DNA from: the human T2T-CHM13v2.0 reference genome, Homo sapiens
Length of the DNA: 64,000 nucleotides
Assembly (NCBI RefSeq): GCF_009914755.1
Contig: NC_060927.1
Direction: 5' to 3' (one strand)
Shown here: in pieces, positions 1 through 15,368 of the stretch
How positions within the stretch are numbered: position 1 is the first letter of the stretch
Layout: each line of letters starts with the position of its first letter
Notes under the pieces: model-generated
The model's input: only the letters and a program-made list of their open reading frames with translations
The model's database searches: none
Told to the model about the DNA's origin: nothing
Translations under genes and position numbers: made by a program

Positions 1-599
1 CTTCTTCCCCTTCTTTCCTTTCTTCTCCTTCTATATTGTAATTATGTTATGTTGGTCAATTTGTAATTATAAATTGTTGTAATTTTTATCACATTTATAA
101 TTAAAATGTGATTAATCAGTATATTAAACTTTATTAATCCTCAATGTATCAGGAAACAAAATAGTCATATCTACTATCTGGGCCACACTTTTTTTGTTTT
201 ATACTCTAAGTCTTTTTTTTAATGACGTATTAATGTAATAATAAAAGGAGAGTGAACAACAAATTTTATTAGAACTTTCAATACAAAATTTAAACAGAAA
301 AACCGGACTTTTTATTATCTATTTCTCTGGCTTTAATGGTATATATACACAAATTGCGCAATAATTGGCATGCATGATCCTGAAATATACCCATCTTGTA
401 AATAATGAGTCAAGCTTCAAAATGCATCTCTACTGTGTCCTATCTTGTCATTGCTTTTTGGTTCTTCTTTCACTAGCATTGTTAGAATGCAATACTTTAG
501 AAACACTTTGATGGCTCATAGTTTTACCCAGAAGAATACAATATCTTTATTCCATAATTGCAAAACATTTTCATTTTTAGATTTATAAAGAGCAATTAA

Positions 600-923
<324 letters not shown>

Positions 924-1521
924 GAAACTAAAATATATTCTTAAAATTTCCTCATCACCAAATGCTTTCAACATGTTTCCATTTATGGACTGTGTAAAGT
1001 AAATTCTTATGTTCAAAAATCATAAAAGGTAAAAGAACATTGTCATATTTTCCTTTCAGCAAAATCATATGGTTGCAAAATATTGTGTGGTGAAGTCCTT
1101 CTTTGTATTAGAAACTGTTCCAACTCATCTATTTTTGAGCTTGATAGAATTTATCTAGAGTATCAAAAGTGAAAACTTGTTTTACTGTCATTTTAAGAGG
1201 CTTGAGCTTCACTGTTTTCTCTTTGCATTTCTCCTCCAATTTTTCTAATAATTTTGGGGTGTTTTTATTAATTTCCTTCTCTTGCCATTATAGGCAGAAA
1301 ATTAAAAATTCTGAGTTCTCAATTGATATCATGAAAGCAAAAAAAAAAAAAAACAACAAAACAAACAAACACAGTAGCAAACAGAACTACAATATGGTGT
1401 TTTTGTTTCTATACTTCTTTTAATTTTTTACAAAAGAAAATCCAAAACCTGGGCAATCCTATAAGCACATAAGGATTAGGTAACAGTGATGATTTATATC
1501 ACTTGCATAAACCTTCTACCC

Positions 1522-1725
1522 CAGCATTGTCCAATATAACTTTCTGTGATAATAGAGATGTTCTCTATCTCCAGATGGTAGCCAATAATCAGCTCCCTGT
1601 GGTTATCGGCAATTGAAGTGTGGGTATTGTGACTAAGGAAATGCTATTTAAATTTTACTTAATCATAATTGAATTACATTTAAATTTAAATAGCCACATG
1701 TGATTAGTTGTTACTGTGTGGACAT
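1522..1725. mobile_element. MER3-like hAT-Charlie DNA transposon relic
   Basis: Segments tgtccaatataactttctgtgat...tttaaatagccacatgtg resemble the MER3 consensus as recalled. Confidence 0.65.
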
Positions 1726-2111
1726 TCCCACTCTTAAATCATTTGTATATATATCCATTTTCTTCTTATGTTATTCTTTTTATCATAGTTGGGGATAATT
1801 GATGAGTTAGTGGTGAAGTAATAACTAGGTCCCTGAAGTAGCAAGATTTCTCATAATAAAAGAAACATAGTGTCACCAAAATTTCATAATGTATCTTAGA
1901 TTTATAAGATGATTTAATGTTTCCATATCATAATTGCAAGGTAAGCCAATTTTTAAACCTATTTTTAAAATTAAATTGTTTCTTTTTTTTTGGAGCACCT
2001 CTAATAAAGAAAGAACACAAATTATGAAATATCATTACTTAAACATAGTTAGAACTGTTTCAAATGCACTTAAAATAATGTACCATAGAGTCAACAGTTA
2101 TAAAAATGTAT

Positions 2112-2393
2112 GGACTGGCACAGTGGTTCACGCTTGTAATCATAGCACTTTGGGAGGCCAAGGCAGATGGATCACTTGAGCTCAGGAGTTTGAAACCAGC
2201 CTGGCCAACATGGAGGAAACCACGTCTCTACAAAAAATACAAAATAATTAGCCATGAGTGGTGGCGTGTTCCTGTAGCCCAGCTACATCGGGGGCCAAAG
2301 TGGAAGGATCCCTTAAGCCCAGGAGTTTGAGGCTGCAGTGAGCCGAGATGGCACCACTGCACTCCAGCCTGGGTGACAAAATGAAACAACATC

Positions 2394-2433
<40 letters not shown>
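2112..2433 (+). mobile_element. AluJ with (AAAT)n tail
   Basis: Diverged Alu dimer with J-type gaggctgcagtgagc; tail converted to (AAAT)n at about 2397-2433. Confidence 0.92.
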
Positions 2434-2434
<1 letters not shown>

Positions 2435-3666
2435 GAATTAAAATGAACGAAAGTGCTGATGCATTTATTATCTGTATTTTTACTGCTACCTTTTGCTTCC
2501 CTTTAAGGTCTTCCTTGTGGCCCAACTTTATGATAGAGACACATTGCTTCTATGCCTCTCCTAGATACACTCAGTTTTACACACTGCCAAACATGTCTTC
2601 TTAAATATTGGTTCTTTACCTGATACAAACCCGCGAAGATTTCTTATTGCTTCTAACATAAAGTCCAAACTCTACAGCTTGACATTCAAGGCTTTTAAAA
2701 TACAACCAACCCCCTATAATGCTGCTCTCAAGTACTCTTTTTCAGACAATGCATTCTATGCTTTACATTATTTCTAGATGCCTCATATATAGCCAACATT
2801 CTTTAATACAACACTTTGTTAATTTTTCCTTTGCCTTAAATCCCTTCTTTTCTTTCCCTCTAGAAAATTTCTACCAGATCAAATGCTGTGTTTTCTCTGA
2901 ATTATTTTAAATGTCACTTTTCTAAGTAATCTTCTTTGCTTCTGACAAATATGTATAATCTATCCTTCTGGCAACTCCCATACTACATCATCCAAGTACT
3001 ATGGTGTCTACAATATTGAGTTTGAATTATTTTGAACTATATATAATTTATCTAATTTATTAATACTATATTCCGATGGGTTGCTATTTTTGCAGATGTA
3101 TAACAGTTTTATAATAGTGGTACTGTGTCTTGTATGCACAGTGATTTATAAATATTTTTCAAATAAATAATGATTGCCACAGAAGCATTCACTAAAATCG
3201 AAAGAAATTTAACACACCGTTGAAGAAAAGTACCGGATAATTTTCAGTATTAAGAAATGTAAGTTAAATGGAAAGTGAGAATTTTACTACAGAATTACAA
3301 ACGGGAAAAATAAACTAAACATCTTAGAAAAACACAATTGTACCCAGGAAAAAACGAGAATCAGATAGTGCTGGAACTGAAAGAGTCCTGTTAACCCTTG
3401 GTATTTTAACCCCACTGTTCCTATTGAGTGGTAGAACTTGAAGTGTGGATTGAGTTTGATTTACAGCTTTTCATTTCAGGAGTGTATCATAATGGCCTAA
3501 CTCAGAGTATTAAGCGTTCACTTCCTTTCAGGAGTAAGCAATGATGTGAGAGAACATAAGCAATTCGTATCAATGCATACAGCGCCACAGTTCTCTAGTA
3601 GCTCCCTATCTTTTGTAACAAAGAAGACAGAGATAGATAGATAGATAGACAAATATAAAGAAAATA

Positions 3667-4237
<571 letters not shown>

Positions 4238-4804
4238 ATTTTGAAGTAAAACAAAAGTGGCTTCACAATAGTGAGTTAGTGCATTGTCTTCTTTAGTATT
4301 AATGTTAAGTTCTGAGAGATCTTTATATGAGTGTTACCTAAATTTAGTTTGGAAACTCTTATGCAATAATATTGCGATAAGGCAAAGATTCACAAGTCTT
4401 TCATCTGCAAGACACTTTAAAATTTCTAAATTTCCGTTAGTACAAATTTGCTATCGGGAGGTTTTTTTTTTATATTATTTGTGGATGAGAAGAGTTTGTG
4501 AATAAGAAGAACCTGTTTTTATAAATGAGACAGTGGGTGTATTTTAAAAGAATATTTTTTGACTGTCAATGAGGAAAACGATGTGAGAGAGATATATGAG
4601 AGTGTACACAATATGCAGATCATATAGAGCCAAAGCCTTGGGCTGGCTGCTAATTTAACCAGATAGAGAAAGAGTTAATTCTGATGAATTTAACAGAACA
4701 TAGTATGAAAAACATCAATTGCTAGTGTAGTCTAAAAGAGACTAGAAAACACAAACTCATTGAAATGTGATTAAGATTGGAGAAAAAGGGTCAAATAAAT
4801 TTAT

Positions 4805-4967
4805 CAGTGTTAACTTCACTCCTTTGAGCATGTTTCGTATTCTGTACAATGAGGAGAGCACAGAATTTTTGGTATGCTTTATAAGAGTTTGATGAGCCAA
4901 TGCATACAGAGCAATTACATCAATGCGTATTATTTACCAAGTATTTGATTAATGTTTACTATTATTA
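4805..4967 (+). mobile_element. MIR relic
   Basis: Degenerate MIR core (ctgtacaatgagga...) and 3' end (taatgtttactattatt). Confidence 0.5.
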
Positions 4968-5877
4968 GAAGATAGTTGTGACGAGTAAATTTGATTTTCT
5001 AACAAATTTAATCAGTAGTTGGAAAATATTTCAAAAGACCATTATTCATTTATTTACTCAACAATTACTTAATTGAGGTCCAGTAGTTATTCTAGGACAT
5101 GAGGATAAGTCAGTGTACAAGATAAAAGATGATCTCTGCTTTGATAAGCATGCATCCTAGGAATATGCCAAACACTGAGTAGCACCGTTTAAGACTAATA
5201 CCTGATCTTGAGGGACCGCAATATGAATGTCACAATGTAAAATGTTATAATGTTACAATGTTACCATTCTAGTGAAACAATGGATAGAAATGGGTACTAG
5301 CACTCTTCTTTGTGTGTCTTAGGAACTATGTAAGTGTTTGTCAAATGAATAAATGACAGTACTCATAGGAACTAATTTTGTGAACAAATAAAATTATCAA
5401 TATTATAATTTTCTTTCAACCAAAGACTGTAATATAAGCAATGCAAATGACTGCTACTTTGTGTTACAAACCACTGTATTTCTTCACTCACTACATTATG
5501 CAATATAGGAGGGTACAGTAGTCTTTGGTTGTTTCTCTTACTTAGCATTTTGGCCATCATCCATAACAGGTTAAGTGTTGATTTTATATAACCTTAAATT
5601 TCTATTATACTTATTCAATTACAAAAGAAATACGTTGTTTTTTATTTAATTTTTTCCTGATAAAACATTTAACTCAAAGCTTCTTTTTATTTATCTACAA
5701 AATCTGGTGATGGATAAATTTTGTTAAGCCAATGACGCTAAATACTTTCAAAGCTTGTGCTTTTAAGATTGTTCATAAGGTGGTTTAATAGAAGCTTCAT
5801 CACAGGTCTTTTCTCTTTTAAAATCCTTGCTAAGGATATAGAAAATCCATTCTGCTGGATCAATATCTTTACTTTGA

Positions 5878-6261
<384 letters not shown>

Positions 6262-8105
6262 AAAAGAAGAAAAACCTTTTGTCCATAAATCTAGCTTTTG
6301 AAAGTAATTGTGTTTCTTCCTAAATAAGCCCCAGAATATGTCAGACAAAGGTAAAACAATAAAAAAAAAATCTAGGAAAACAATGGGGCTTTCCACATTT
6401 AAACATTTTATAGACATTCTAAAGAATATTTTTTGTTTCTACAAAAGTCTTAGAGCATTTTGCTTTTAAAATATCTGCGTATTTTAGTTGGATACTTACA
6501 AGTACTGAAAAATTATTTGTTAATGATTGAATATATGCCTATCTTTACACACTTGTACAAAACTTCAGTTTTTTTGCATTTTGAACAAAACATTCATTTA
6601 TTTACACAACACTTAAAGAGCTCTTACAATTTACTAAGCATGAGATATAAGGACACACAATCGAGTAAGTTAATATATTAGATTTTGAGTGCTCAAAATG
6701 TGGATATATTACAAATATACATTATGTACATTCATGTATATTTAATAAATACAACGTTGAAAGGACCAATTTTTTAAAGGCATTTTAAAACTGCGTGAAA
6801 ATTGCTAGTTTGCAAAAAATATCTGAGTTTCACATACAGGACAAAACTAGAATAAATAGCAGTCGTATTAATGCATTTTTTCTAACCCCCTTTTAAACTA
6901 TTACTAATTGGTACAATACAATACATTATATCAGTAAATTAAAAACAGAACATCATACACATCTCCAATGTATTGAACCAAAAGAGTCATTCTGTCTTGT
7001 GAAATAGTAGAGCAGGAATAAATGTAACACACCTTGCTCCTACAGAGGAAAATAGAGGAATTATTTCTACAGTAAGTCTGGAATTACTGTTTAAGTAAAA
7101 TTTGGTTTAGAAAATATTCCCAATTTCAATCATTTGAAATATGTTTAAAATGAACAACTATGAACCAGAAGAAAATCTATAATTAACTTATAAAACATAT
7201 TCACAGAAAAAATACAAACTTTTTTTTCTAAATCTAGTAGATAACTTGGCAAAAGCATGTAAGGAAAAGTTTGGATGATGCACTATTTACTTCATTACTA
7301 TTCATATCTGGGTCAGTAAAAAGTGGAGTAACATATTAAGTGCATAAATTTAAGATTATTTTAGAAAACCGTTTACATGTAATCTATTATGCATTGTGCC
7401 AGTCCTGACAAATAATCCATTCATTTTGATATGTAACAAAATAAATAATAGAGAGAAATATGTTTACATCAGAGTCTCACACATTAATATAAATAGTTTG
7501 AAGACATCCTGGAAAGTGAAGACTTTCAAAATTAACTCAGTTTTTGAGATGACTACTTTTCTGTTCTTTGGTTAGCTAACAAAGTATAGTAGTTCTAAAC
7601 GCATTTACAAGCATTATTTCTAGAATATTATTGATATCTTACTAAAATGTTTTTAGGATAACATTGCTTAATCAATTCTCTTATGTATGATAAAGTGTCT
7701 GATGAAAATAAATAGAAATAATAATGACATAGATCTTTATCAAAACCAAAATTACTTCCTGCTATTAAAAACAATTATTCGAGAGTCAAGTTTAAGATAA
7801 TAACCTCATTACTGTAGTACTTGTGGTTAATAAAAAGGCATTTAGTGAGTATTACTAAAATGGCATGTTTAAAGAGGAATAATTTATATCATGGAAATAT
7901 AAACTAGCTTTGGCTGAATAATTAAATAAATGTCTTCACAATTGAGTACTACCTCTGCCAAAATCAGATGAGTAAAAAATAGTTTACACATGTAGTACTT
8001 GCATTAAAAAGAAATTGGTATTTTTAACAACATAGAAAATTGTTACCTAATGATATCCAATGCAGATTATTTGTAACAGAGAGTGTGCAATATACATTTA
8101 AAAAA

Positions 8106-8627
8106 TTTTTCTTTTTTTAAAACTTTCTATGGGTACATAATTGGTGTATATATTTATGGGGTACATGAGATGTTTTGATACAGGCATGCAAAACGAAATA
8201 AGCACATCATGAAGAATGGGTTATCTATCCCCTCAAGCATTTATTCTTTGAGTTACAAACAGTCCAATTACCTTCTGTAACTTATTTTAAAATATATAGT
8301 TAAATTACTATTGACTATAGTCACTTCCTTGTGCTATCAAATAGTAGGTCTTGTTCATTCTTTCTAATTTTTTTCTCGTACTCCTTAACCATTCCTACCT
8401 CCCTCTCAAACCCCCAGTACCCTTCTGAGCCTTTGGTAACCATCCTTCTACTCTCTATGATTACGAGTTGAATTGATTTGATTTTTATATCTCACAAATA
8501 AATGAGAACATGTGATGTTTGTGTTTCTGTGCCTCGCTTATTTCACAAAACAAAATGATCTCCAGTTCCATCCATGTTGTTAAAAATGACTGGATCTCAT
8601 TCTTTTTATGGTTGAATAGTACTCCAC
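8106..8627 (-). mobile_element. L1MA-type (L1MA1/2-like) 3' fragment
   Basis: ggtgtatatatttatggggtacatgagatgttttgatacaggcatgc...ccagttccatccatgttg matches an antisense L1MA 3' UTR as recalled. Confidence 0.8.
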
Positions 8628-8832
8628 ATTAAATTAAATATGAACTAAGATTAAAAGTTAATCTAAGGTTTGCAACTTAAATATTTAAGATTAATTATAT
8701 GTTAATTAATTAATATATTAATAATTATATTACTTAATAATTAAATGTTAATTAATTAATAGTTCAGATTAATTATAATGTTAATCTTGTTAATGTACCT
8801 TCTAAACATCAGGCACCAATAAATTTCATTTA

Positions 8833-9272
<440 letters not shown>

Positions 9273-9284
9273 ATATTACTTCCA

Positions 9285-10500
9285 CTTATTTAACAATTAT
9301 TTATTAAGCACACACTTTGTTTAAACACTATGCAAGACATGGAGGATATATCAACTACTTTTAAAAAGAACATTACACAAAGGTGAAAAAAGGAACATGC
9401 AGCAATGGTATCTGATCAGATTTGAAGGTAATGAATGATTGCCCTTAGCAAAAGCATTTGAATTAAGATTTTAAAAATACGTAAGAATTAAATAAGCAAG
9501 GAATCTCTCCAAAATGGAGCATTTCTGATAATTTGTATGAAGGCAAAATGAAACACATTTATTAAAGAACTTGATAAAAATAAAATTGGCTGGAATTCAA
9601 ATAATAAAATAGAACATTAGAAGACAAGAACATAAATGATACAGGTTATGCAGGACTTAAATTTAAAATCATTAAATTTTAAAATTTAAAATTATTTTAA
9701 ATTTTTATTTTAAATTTATTAATTATTAAAATTATTAAATGGTTTAATAATTTTTAAGAGAAAAGATTAATTATGAAAGGTTTTAAGTAGTAAGTTGATG
9801 TGATCAGATTTATGTTTTGAGAAGACAATTTTGTTTCGTTATCAGAGTAAGATTTAAAGGGTTAAAATTTTGACATAAAGGAGACCATTTACTATTTTGG
9901 CAAACTAGATTAAAATAGTGGCTGTGGAACTATGAAAAAGTAGTGAATTAATTTGAAAATTATTTAGAAGATAAATTAACAAGAGTTCATGGGTAATTGA
10001 TTATGGAAAAAAACAAAGAAACGAGGTATCGGGTGTATGTCACTGCGTGGATGCTAGTGGTATCTATAGAAATAGAGCTCTCTGAAGGAGAAACGTTGGG
10101 GAAAGATTGGAGACTGAGTTCATTTTGAATACGTCAAATGTGCCAAGCCTTTTAGATATCCAAGTGAACATGCCACATAGGTGTTGCACATAAATAAGCT
10201 TGTGAAGCAGAACTGCACTAGGATATAAATCCATGAGTGATTGGTAAGTAAATGGAAACTAAAGATAAGAGTGAGGCTTAAAAGACCTAGAGAAATTCAT
10301 CAAAGAACAGAATTTGAATCCCATTCACCCTGATCTTAAACATGTAAAGGCTACATAGAAAAATACCACCCAACAGAATCTGAGAAAATGTAGCCAGGGA
10401 CCTAAGAGTTGAACCAGGAGTATATGTGTGGCAGGGAGGGGGTTGAGGAACAGATGAAACATAGGTATTTGTCAAGGAAATCTAGGGAAGATAATTATTT
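9285..10500 (-). mobile_element. Degenerate L2 fragments
   Basis: Motifs ttatttattaagcac, gtgatcagatttatgttttgagaag and gagttcattttgaat...atccaagtg; boundaries approximate. Confidence 0.55.
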
Positions 10501-10859
10501 AAATCTCCATTTTAAAATTATCTTTACATAAATTCTGTTTTTGTGTGTGTGTGTTTCCTTATTTATATGGAAAGATAGGTCTTAGAAACAGGAGCTAATC
10601 AACACTTTGAATAATTTTGAAGTCAAATAAATGAATACTGTCTTACATCTCTTGATTTTTAGTAACTTAGAGCTTATTTAGGTTATTCCTGAGAGTTGTA
10701 TGGAAATATGTGTTAAGTATATTATCTGCTTTGGCGTTTGCTTATAATGGAAATTCTGTGTGTCAGATCTAAAGGGAATGCTGAATCATACTTCAAGGGA
10801 ACATTTGTTACACAGATTCTCGCCTCTCCTGTACTGCTTAAACTAAACAGGCAGAGCAA

Positions 10860-11333
10860 AGCCACATTGTGCGTTCCTCTTTTCTCACAGCTGCCTGCCA
10901 CTATGTAATTTACCTTAGTGAAGCAGATCCTGGTGGTGACCTTCCATTTCCCTTTGGCACATACTATTTTTGTGTACTGACAAGGGCAAAAGTGCCTAGG
11001 AAATAACACCTCCTCACCAACCTCCTCCACCCCCACCCCCAGGAGCAGTCCTCAACCAAAGAGGATAACTAATAAATAAATATTCCATCAATAGTCCTGT
11101 GTCTTGCCCATCAAGTAAGGTAACTCAGAGTCATGTCCTCCACTCACTCTCGGTTCCACAGTGGAATTGAATTCAATTTGCTTTGCTCATAGTGTAATCT
11201 GCTCAATAACACAGGCTTCATTTACTTCCTTCCCTTCCTGTCTCACTTCTCAAGGCTTCCTGAGATTACCACCTGGCACATTCCCCGCTCAATAAAAGAC
11301 AGCCTCAGGGTCTCTTTGTTAGGATATTGGACA
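10860..11333 (+). mobile_element. LTR16-like ERVL solo LTR
   Basis: agcagtcctcaaccaa, ttccttcccttcctgtctcacttc and ctcagggtct resemble LTR16C; the 5' boundary is uncertain. Confidence 0.6.
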
Positions 11334-11334
11334 C

Positions 11335-11881
11335 CATGTTAGGGTTCTCCGGAGACATGGAGCCAATAGGCTGTACATACATATAAAAGGAGATTTATTG
11401 TAAGGAATTGTCCATGTGATTATGGAGGTGAAATCCCAAGATATGCAAAGTGAGTCAGCGAGCTGGAAGACCAAGAGTACCAATGGTTTAGTTCCACTCT
11501 GAGTCTAATGGCCTGAGAACGAAGAGAATTGATGATATAGTTCCAGTCCAAAGGTCTCAGGATCCAGACCCAGAAAGACCCAAGGTTTCCATTCTATTCT
11601 AAAGGCAGGAAAAAAGTCAACATTGCAGTTCAAACGACATCAGGCAGGAAGATTTATTTTCTACTTGGAGGAGGAGCAGCCTTTTTATTTTATTTAGTCT
11701 TTCAAGAGATTGGATGAGGCCCTTTCATATCATGGAATGCCATCTGCTCTACTCAGTCTACCAACTTTAATGTTAATCTCCTCCAAAAAACATCCTTGCA
11801 TTAACACTCAGAATAATGTTTGGTCAAATAGCTGGACTCCCCAAGGCACAGTCAAACTGACACACAAAATTAAACATCACA
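11335..11881 (-). mobile_element. MLT2 (ERVL) solo LTR
   Basis: ttagggttctccggaga...gagatttattgtaaggaatt...aaaattaaacatcaca; 5-bp TSD GACAC at 11330-11334 and 11882-11886. Confidence 0.85.
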
Positions 11882-12020
11882 GACACCCATGTTAACATAA
11901 TTCTGTCTCCCAAAATTATACATTTCTGATCTTTCACCTCAAACTTTTTCCATGAAAACTAAACTCTTCTTTATAATATGTCATGGGGAAAATAAATGTT
12001 GCTATATGTATGTTTAGTTA

Positions 12021-12153
12021 GAGGTCAAAAGACCATAGGCCTCAGTTTGACCAGAACAGTCTGGTTCACAACTGTCATCTTCATAATTATTAATATTTTC
12101 TCTTTTTCTTTTAAAAATGTCCTGCTCTGGAGATGAAATTATATGGTTATCCT
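12021..12153. mobile_element. MER94-like DNA transposon relic
   Basis: gaccata...cagtttgaccagaacagtctgg...aaattatatggttatcct resembles the MER94 consensus as recalled. Confidence 0.55.
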
Positions 12154-13575
12154 AGTCAATAACTGATTCCATAGATGTGCTGATAATGGAAAAAATTAAT
12201 AAAGTATGTTTAAATCTGATATTCAATTTTTTTCTTCTATCAGTTAAAAAAGTATGATGAATGTGTATCATATTTTTTCAGATTAATTTTTCTTCCTAAG
12301 TCATTTTACACCACAAGTATTTACTGTGATGTATTTTGAATGTTTATTTGCAACCAGAATGTTATTTTTAATTGTCTTCAATGCATTCTCTTGTTTAAGG
12401 AATTAAAGGAGAATGCATTTGAAAAGCATACATAATTTTAAAGTATGATATAAACTATTACATTTTATGTTATACTTTATTATTCTATATAGGAGAAATC
12501 TAAATAATATTTTCCTTAGATAAGGTAACTCACCTGAAAATTACACAATCGGTAGTAACTCATTTAACTGGCTCTAAAATCAAAGAATGTATATAATAAC
12601 AGTGCAGATCAGTCCTTCTGTTACAGCTAAGAAGGGAAGAGTGAGAATAATTGTGATCTTCTGGAGAGTTCAGAGCCTATTTTGTTTATTGTAGAGAATG
12701 TGAAGATAAGAGGAGAAGACAATTTCACATTGACTGTGGGCCAGACAATGCCAGGACTAGCAAAGCCTCATAAAGAAAGAATGTGTTAATATCGTCTCTT
12801 TTTTGAGCTTATTTTCCATTTTTTCTATGAAATATGTTACCTTTGTGTTGATTAAGGAATATTGTATGTCATTCAAGTTATACATATAAATGTCTTGAAG
12901 TATTCTTTAATTCTCACTAGGGATGATTTATTGTTAAATGGAAATAAATAATTTTCTAACAAACATGCAGTAGCACATATAACAAATGTTAACTTTTAAT
13001 AAAATCATAAATGCTATTGGAAGTGACTCACTAACTGTACTTCTGTACTTCAGAGCAAGCGGCATGTGCCCAGTGCTGCATCATTGCATTTTGAAAAGAT
13101 TCTGCATAATACTTGTGAGACAGTAATTGAGCTTGAGTTCATTGTGGGTTCCTTATTGTGAGTCCCTGGTATTCCTGTAACAATGAAAGTGTTGTTATTC
13201 AGATGCACATAAATGCATTCAGCCCATAATAATAGTATTCATAGCCATCTATAAATAGTTTAAGAAACAATTGTATGAAATGCTTGATATTCATCTCAAC
13301 CACTTTTTGCAATTTCTCTTTTAAATTCAGATTTCAGAAATAATACAACAGTGGTGCTCAGGAGATATTTAGATATTTTTGTTAGCTTTGCATGGACAGG
13401 TTGTTAGCTTTTTAAATCACACACCTTATTTTACCAAATCTAAGAAATCCTTTATAAATATACACAATTATAAATAATATATAAGAAACGCTGAACACAC
13501 AGCATGATGCACAGTTATTAAATATCTAGTTTTGTATGTGTTTAATTACCTTTCTTAATATTCTTTTATTTCTAG

Positions 13576-13666
13576 ATACACCATCAGTTAAGATTATACC
13601 ATCGACTCCTTTTCCACAAGAAGGACAGCCTTTAATTTTGACTTGTGAATCCAAAGGAAAACCACT
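13576..13666 (+). CDS. CADM2: CADM2 coding exon, N-terminal part of Ig domain 3: (Y)TPSVKIIPSTPFPQEGQPLILTCESKGKP(L); 91 nt, phase 1 to phase 2
   Basis: Acceptor ttcttttatttctag (AG at 13574-13575) and donor CT|gtaagt. The manual translation matches the CADM2 protein as I recall it, includes the Ig B-strand Cys, and joins in frame to the exon at 39295 (CT+G=Leu). It is not in the ORF track. Confidence 0.96.
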
Positions 13667-15224
13667 GTAAGTGAGTTAATGAGCAATAAAGCTTTTAACT
13701 TTTTTTCTTTTATCTTGCTTTGATTACAGCCTTTAACTGTAGAAATCCACAGTTTGTGTCTTTTCTTGGTGGGCAAAGTGATCTCTAGAACAGAAAACCT
13801 CATGAACCATGTCTTCATTAAGGTCTATGGAAGATTGGTTTTTACTTTGTCATCTAGTGAAGTTTCTGGGAAGATTTCCAGCTGTTATTTCTTTTTGTAT
13901 TTTTTCCAGTAAGATATTTTAACCTGAATGGAGTATATCAGTCACTGTTCATATCATCAGAGTATAAAAGCAGCACACCGTTTAATTCAGTTCTCCCATG
14001 AAAAACTTAGAAAATATTGAAGCATCCCCAAAATACGCCCAAGTTTTAAAGTTACAAGAAGACTCATTTTCATAAAAGGAAAATCGAATCTATATTTCTT
14101 ATGAAACACCCAATGAAACAAGTAATGGGTCACAAACTCAATGTGTTTAATTGTAAAGTAATTTCAATATTAGAATATATGCACGTCAATGTGATAATGT
14201 CACTTCAACTCTAAAACTTCACCTTTTGAAATTTGTGTTTATAAATAGCTAGTCAAGGAATACCAATTATTAAGCAAAACTTACATATGGATATTTAATT
14301 ATGGATTATTTAAATTCTATTTGAAAGCAATATGATCATTCTAATACAGGAACACTCTAGGCCTAGCTTTATGTAATTTACTTGATTTGTTAAAAGATTC
14401 CAATTTATTTTAATTCTGTTTAAATTTTAATAGAAGGAATTAAATTGTTCTTTGTATATAACTATATGAGATTGCTTCTGGCAAATCAGGTTAAATTGCT
14501 AAAAATTTGTCTCCAATAATATTTATATTATTTAAGTTTCATACTATCCCATGGAGAATGTTTCTAAAAGAATTGTAAGATAGATGCCTGGCACTTTAAC
14601 TTCATCAATTGTATGTCATTATATTTTTTACCATATTAATAAATCCATGCCTTATTTACCACAGTTTTGATATTTTTAAACTGTTCTCTCTTCTAGTAAT
14701 TATTTTAAAGAGATTGTTTTTGGTCTTCTTTCCTTCAGATTTATCCAAAAGTACATTTGTATACATTTGGATTATGTGCACAATTTATGCAATTAAACAA
14801 GGTGAAGTTAGGGAATATGCTTTATAGAATGCTTGAAAATAAATGAATGCCTGCTCAAGTAGCATCCAATTGTCTTACAACGATTCTTTGATTCCATATC
14901 TACTTCCAACAGTAGAAACATTATTTTACTTATGGAAATTATTAGACTTTATGTTTTATATAATTAAATATTTAAGTAGTTCATATAACTCATCTAAGAT
15001 ATGGTTGAATGAATGTGCCTTCTTTTAATCTCTTTTCAGTTACCTAGAAATAATCTTGGATGTGTAATAATCCTCTGCACTGCAGATGAATGAAAAGCAC
15101 AATAATTTCTTATTTATTTTATTTAAGAATACAAATTTCAAGAGATTTATGAAATGCAAAATATTACCTTTCTCAGAAGGATCCTGATTACTATCATTTT
15201 GCAAATAGATAAAGGAAATAAGAA

Positions 15225-15368
15225 AGGCTCCCTATTTTACGGAAGAGAAACTAAGGCTCAAAACTTTTCACTAAATTTTCCTATTTATCCAGATTTAAAA
15301 TGAGTGAGAATTTGAATTCAGTTCAGTCTTGCCCAAAGCCTTAACTCTTTCTATTATGTGCTGCTACT
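15225..15368 (-). mobile_element. MIR relic
   Basis: cctattttacggaagagaaactaaggctca...atttgaattcagttcagtct. Confidence 0.6.
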
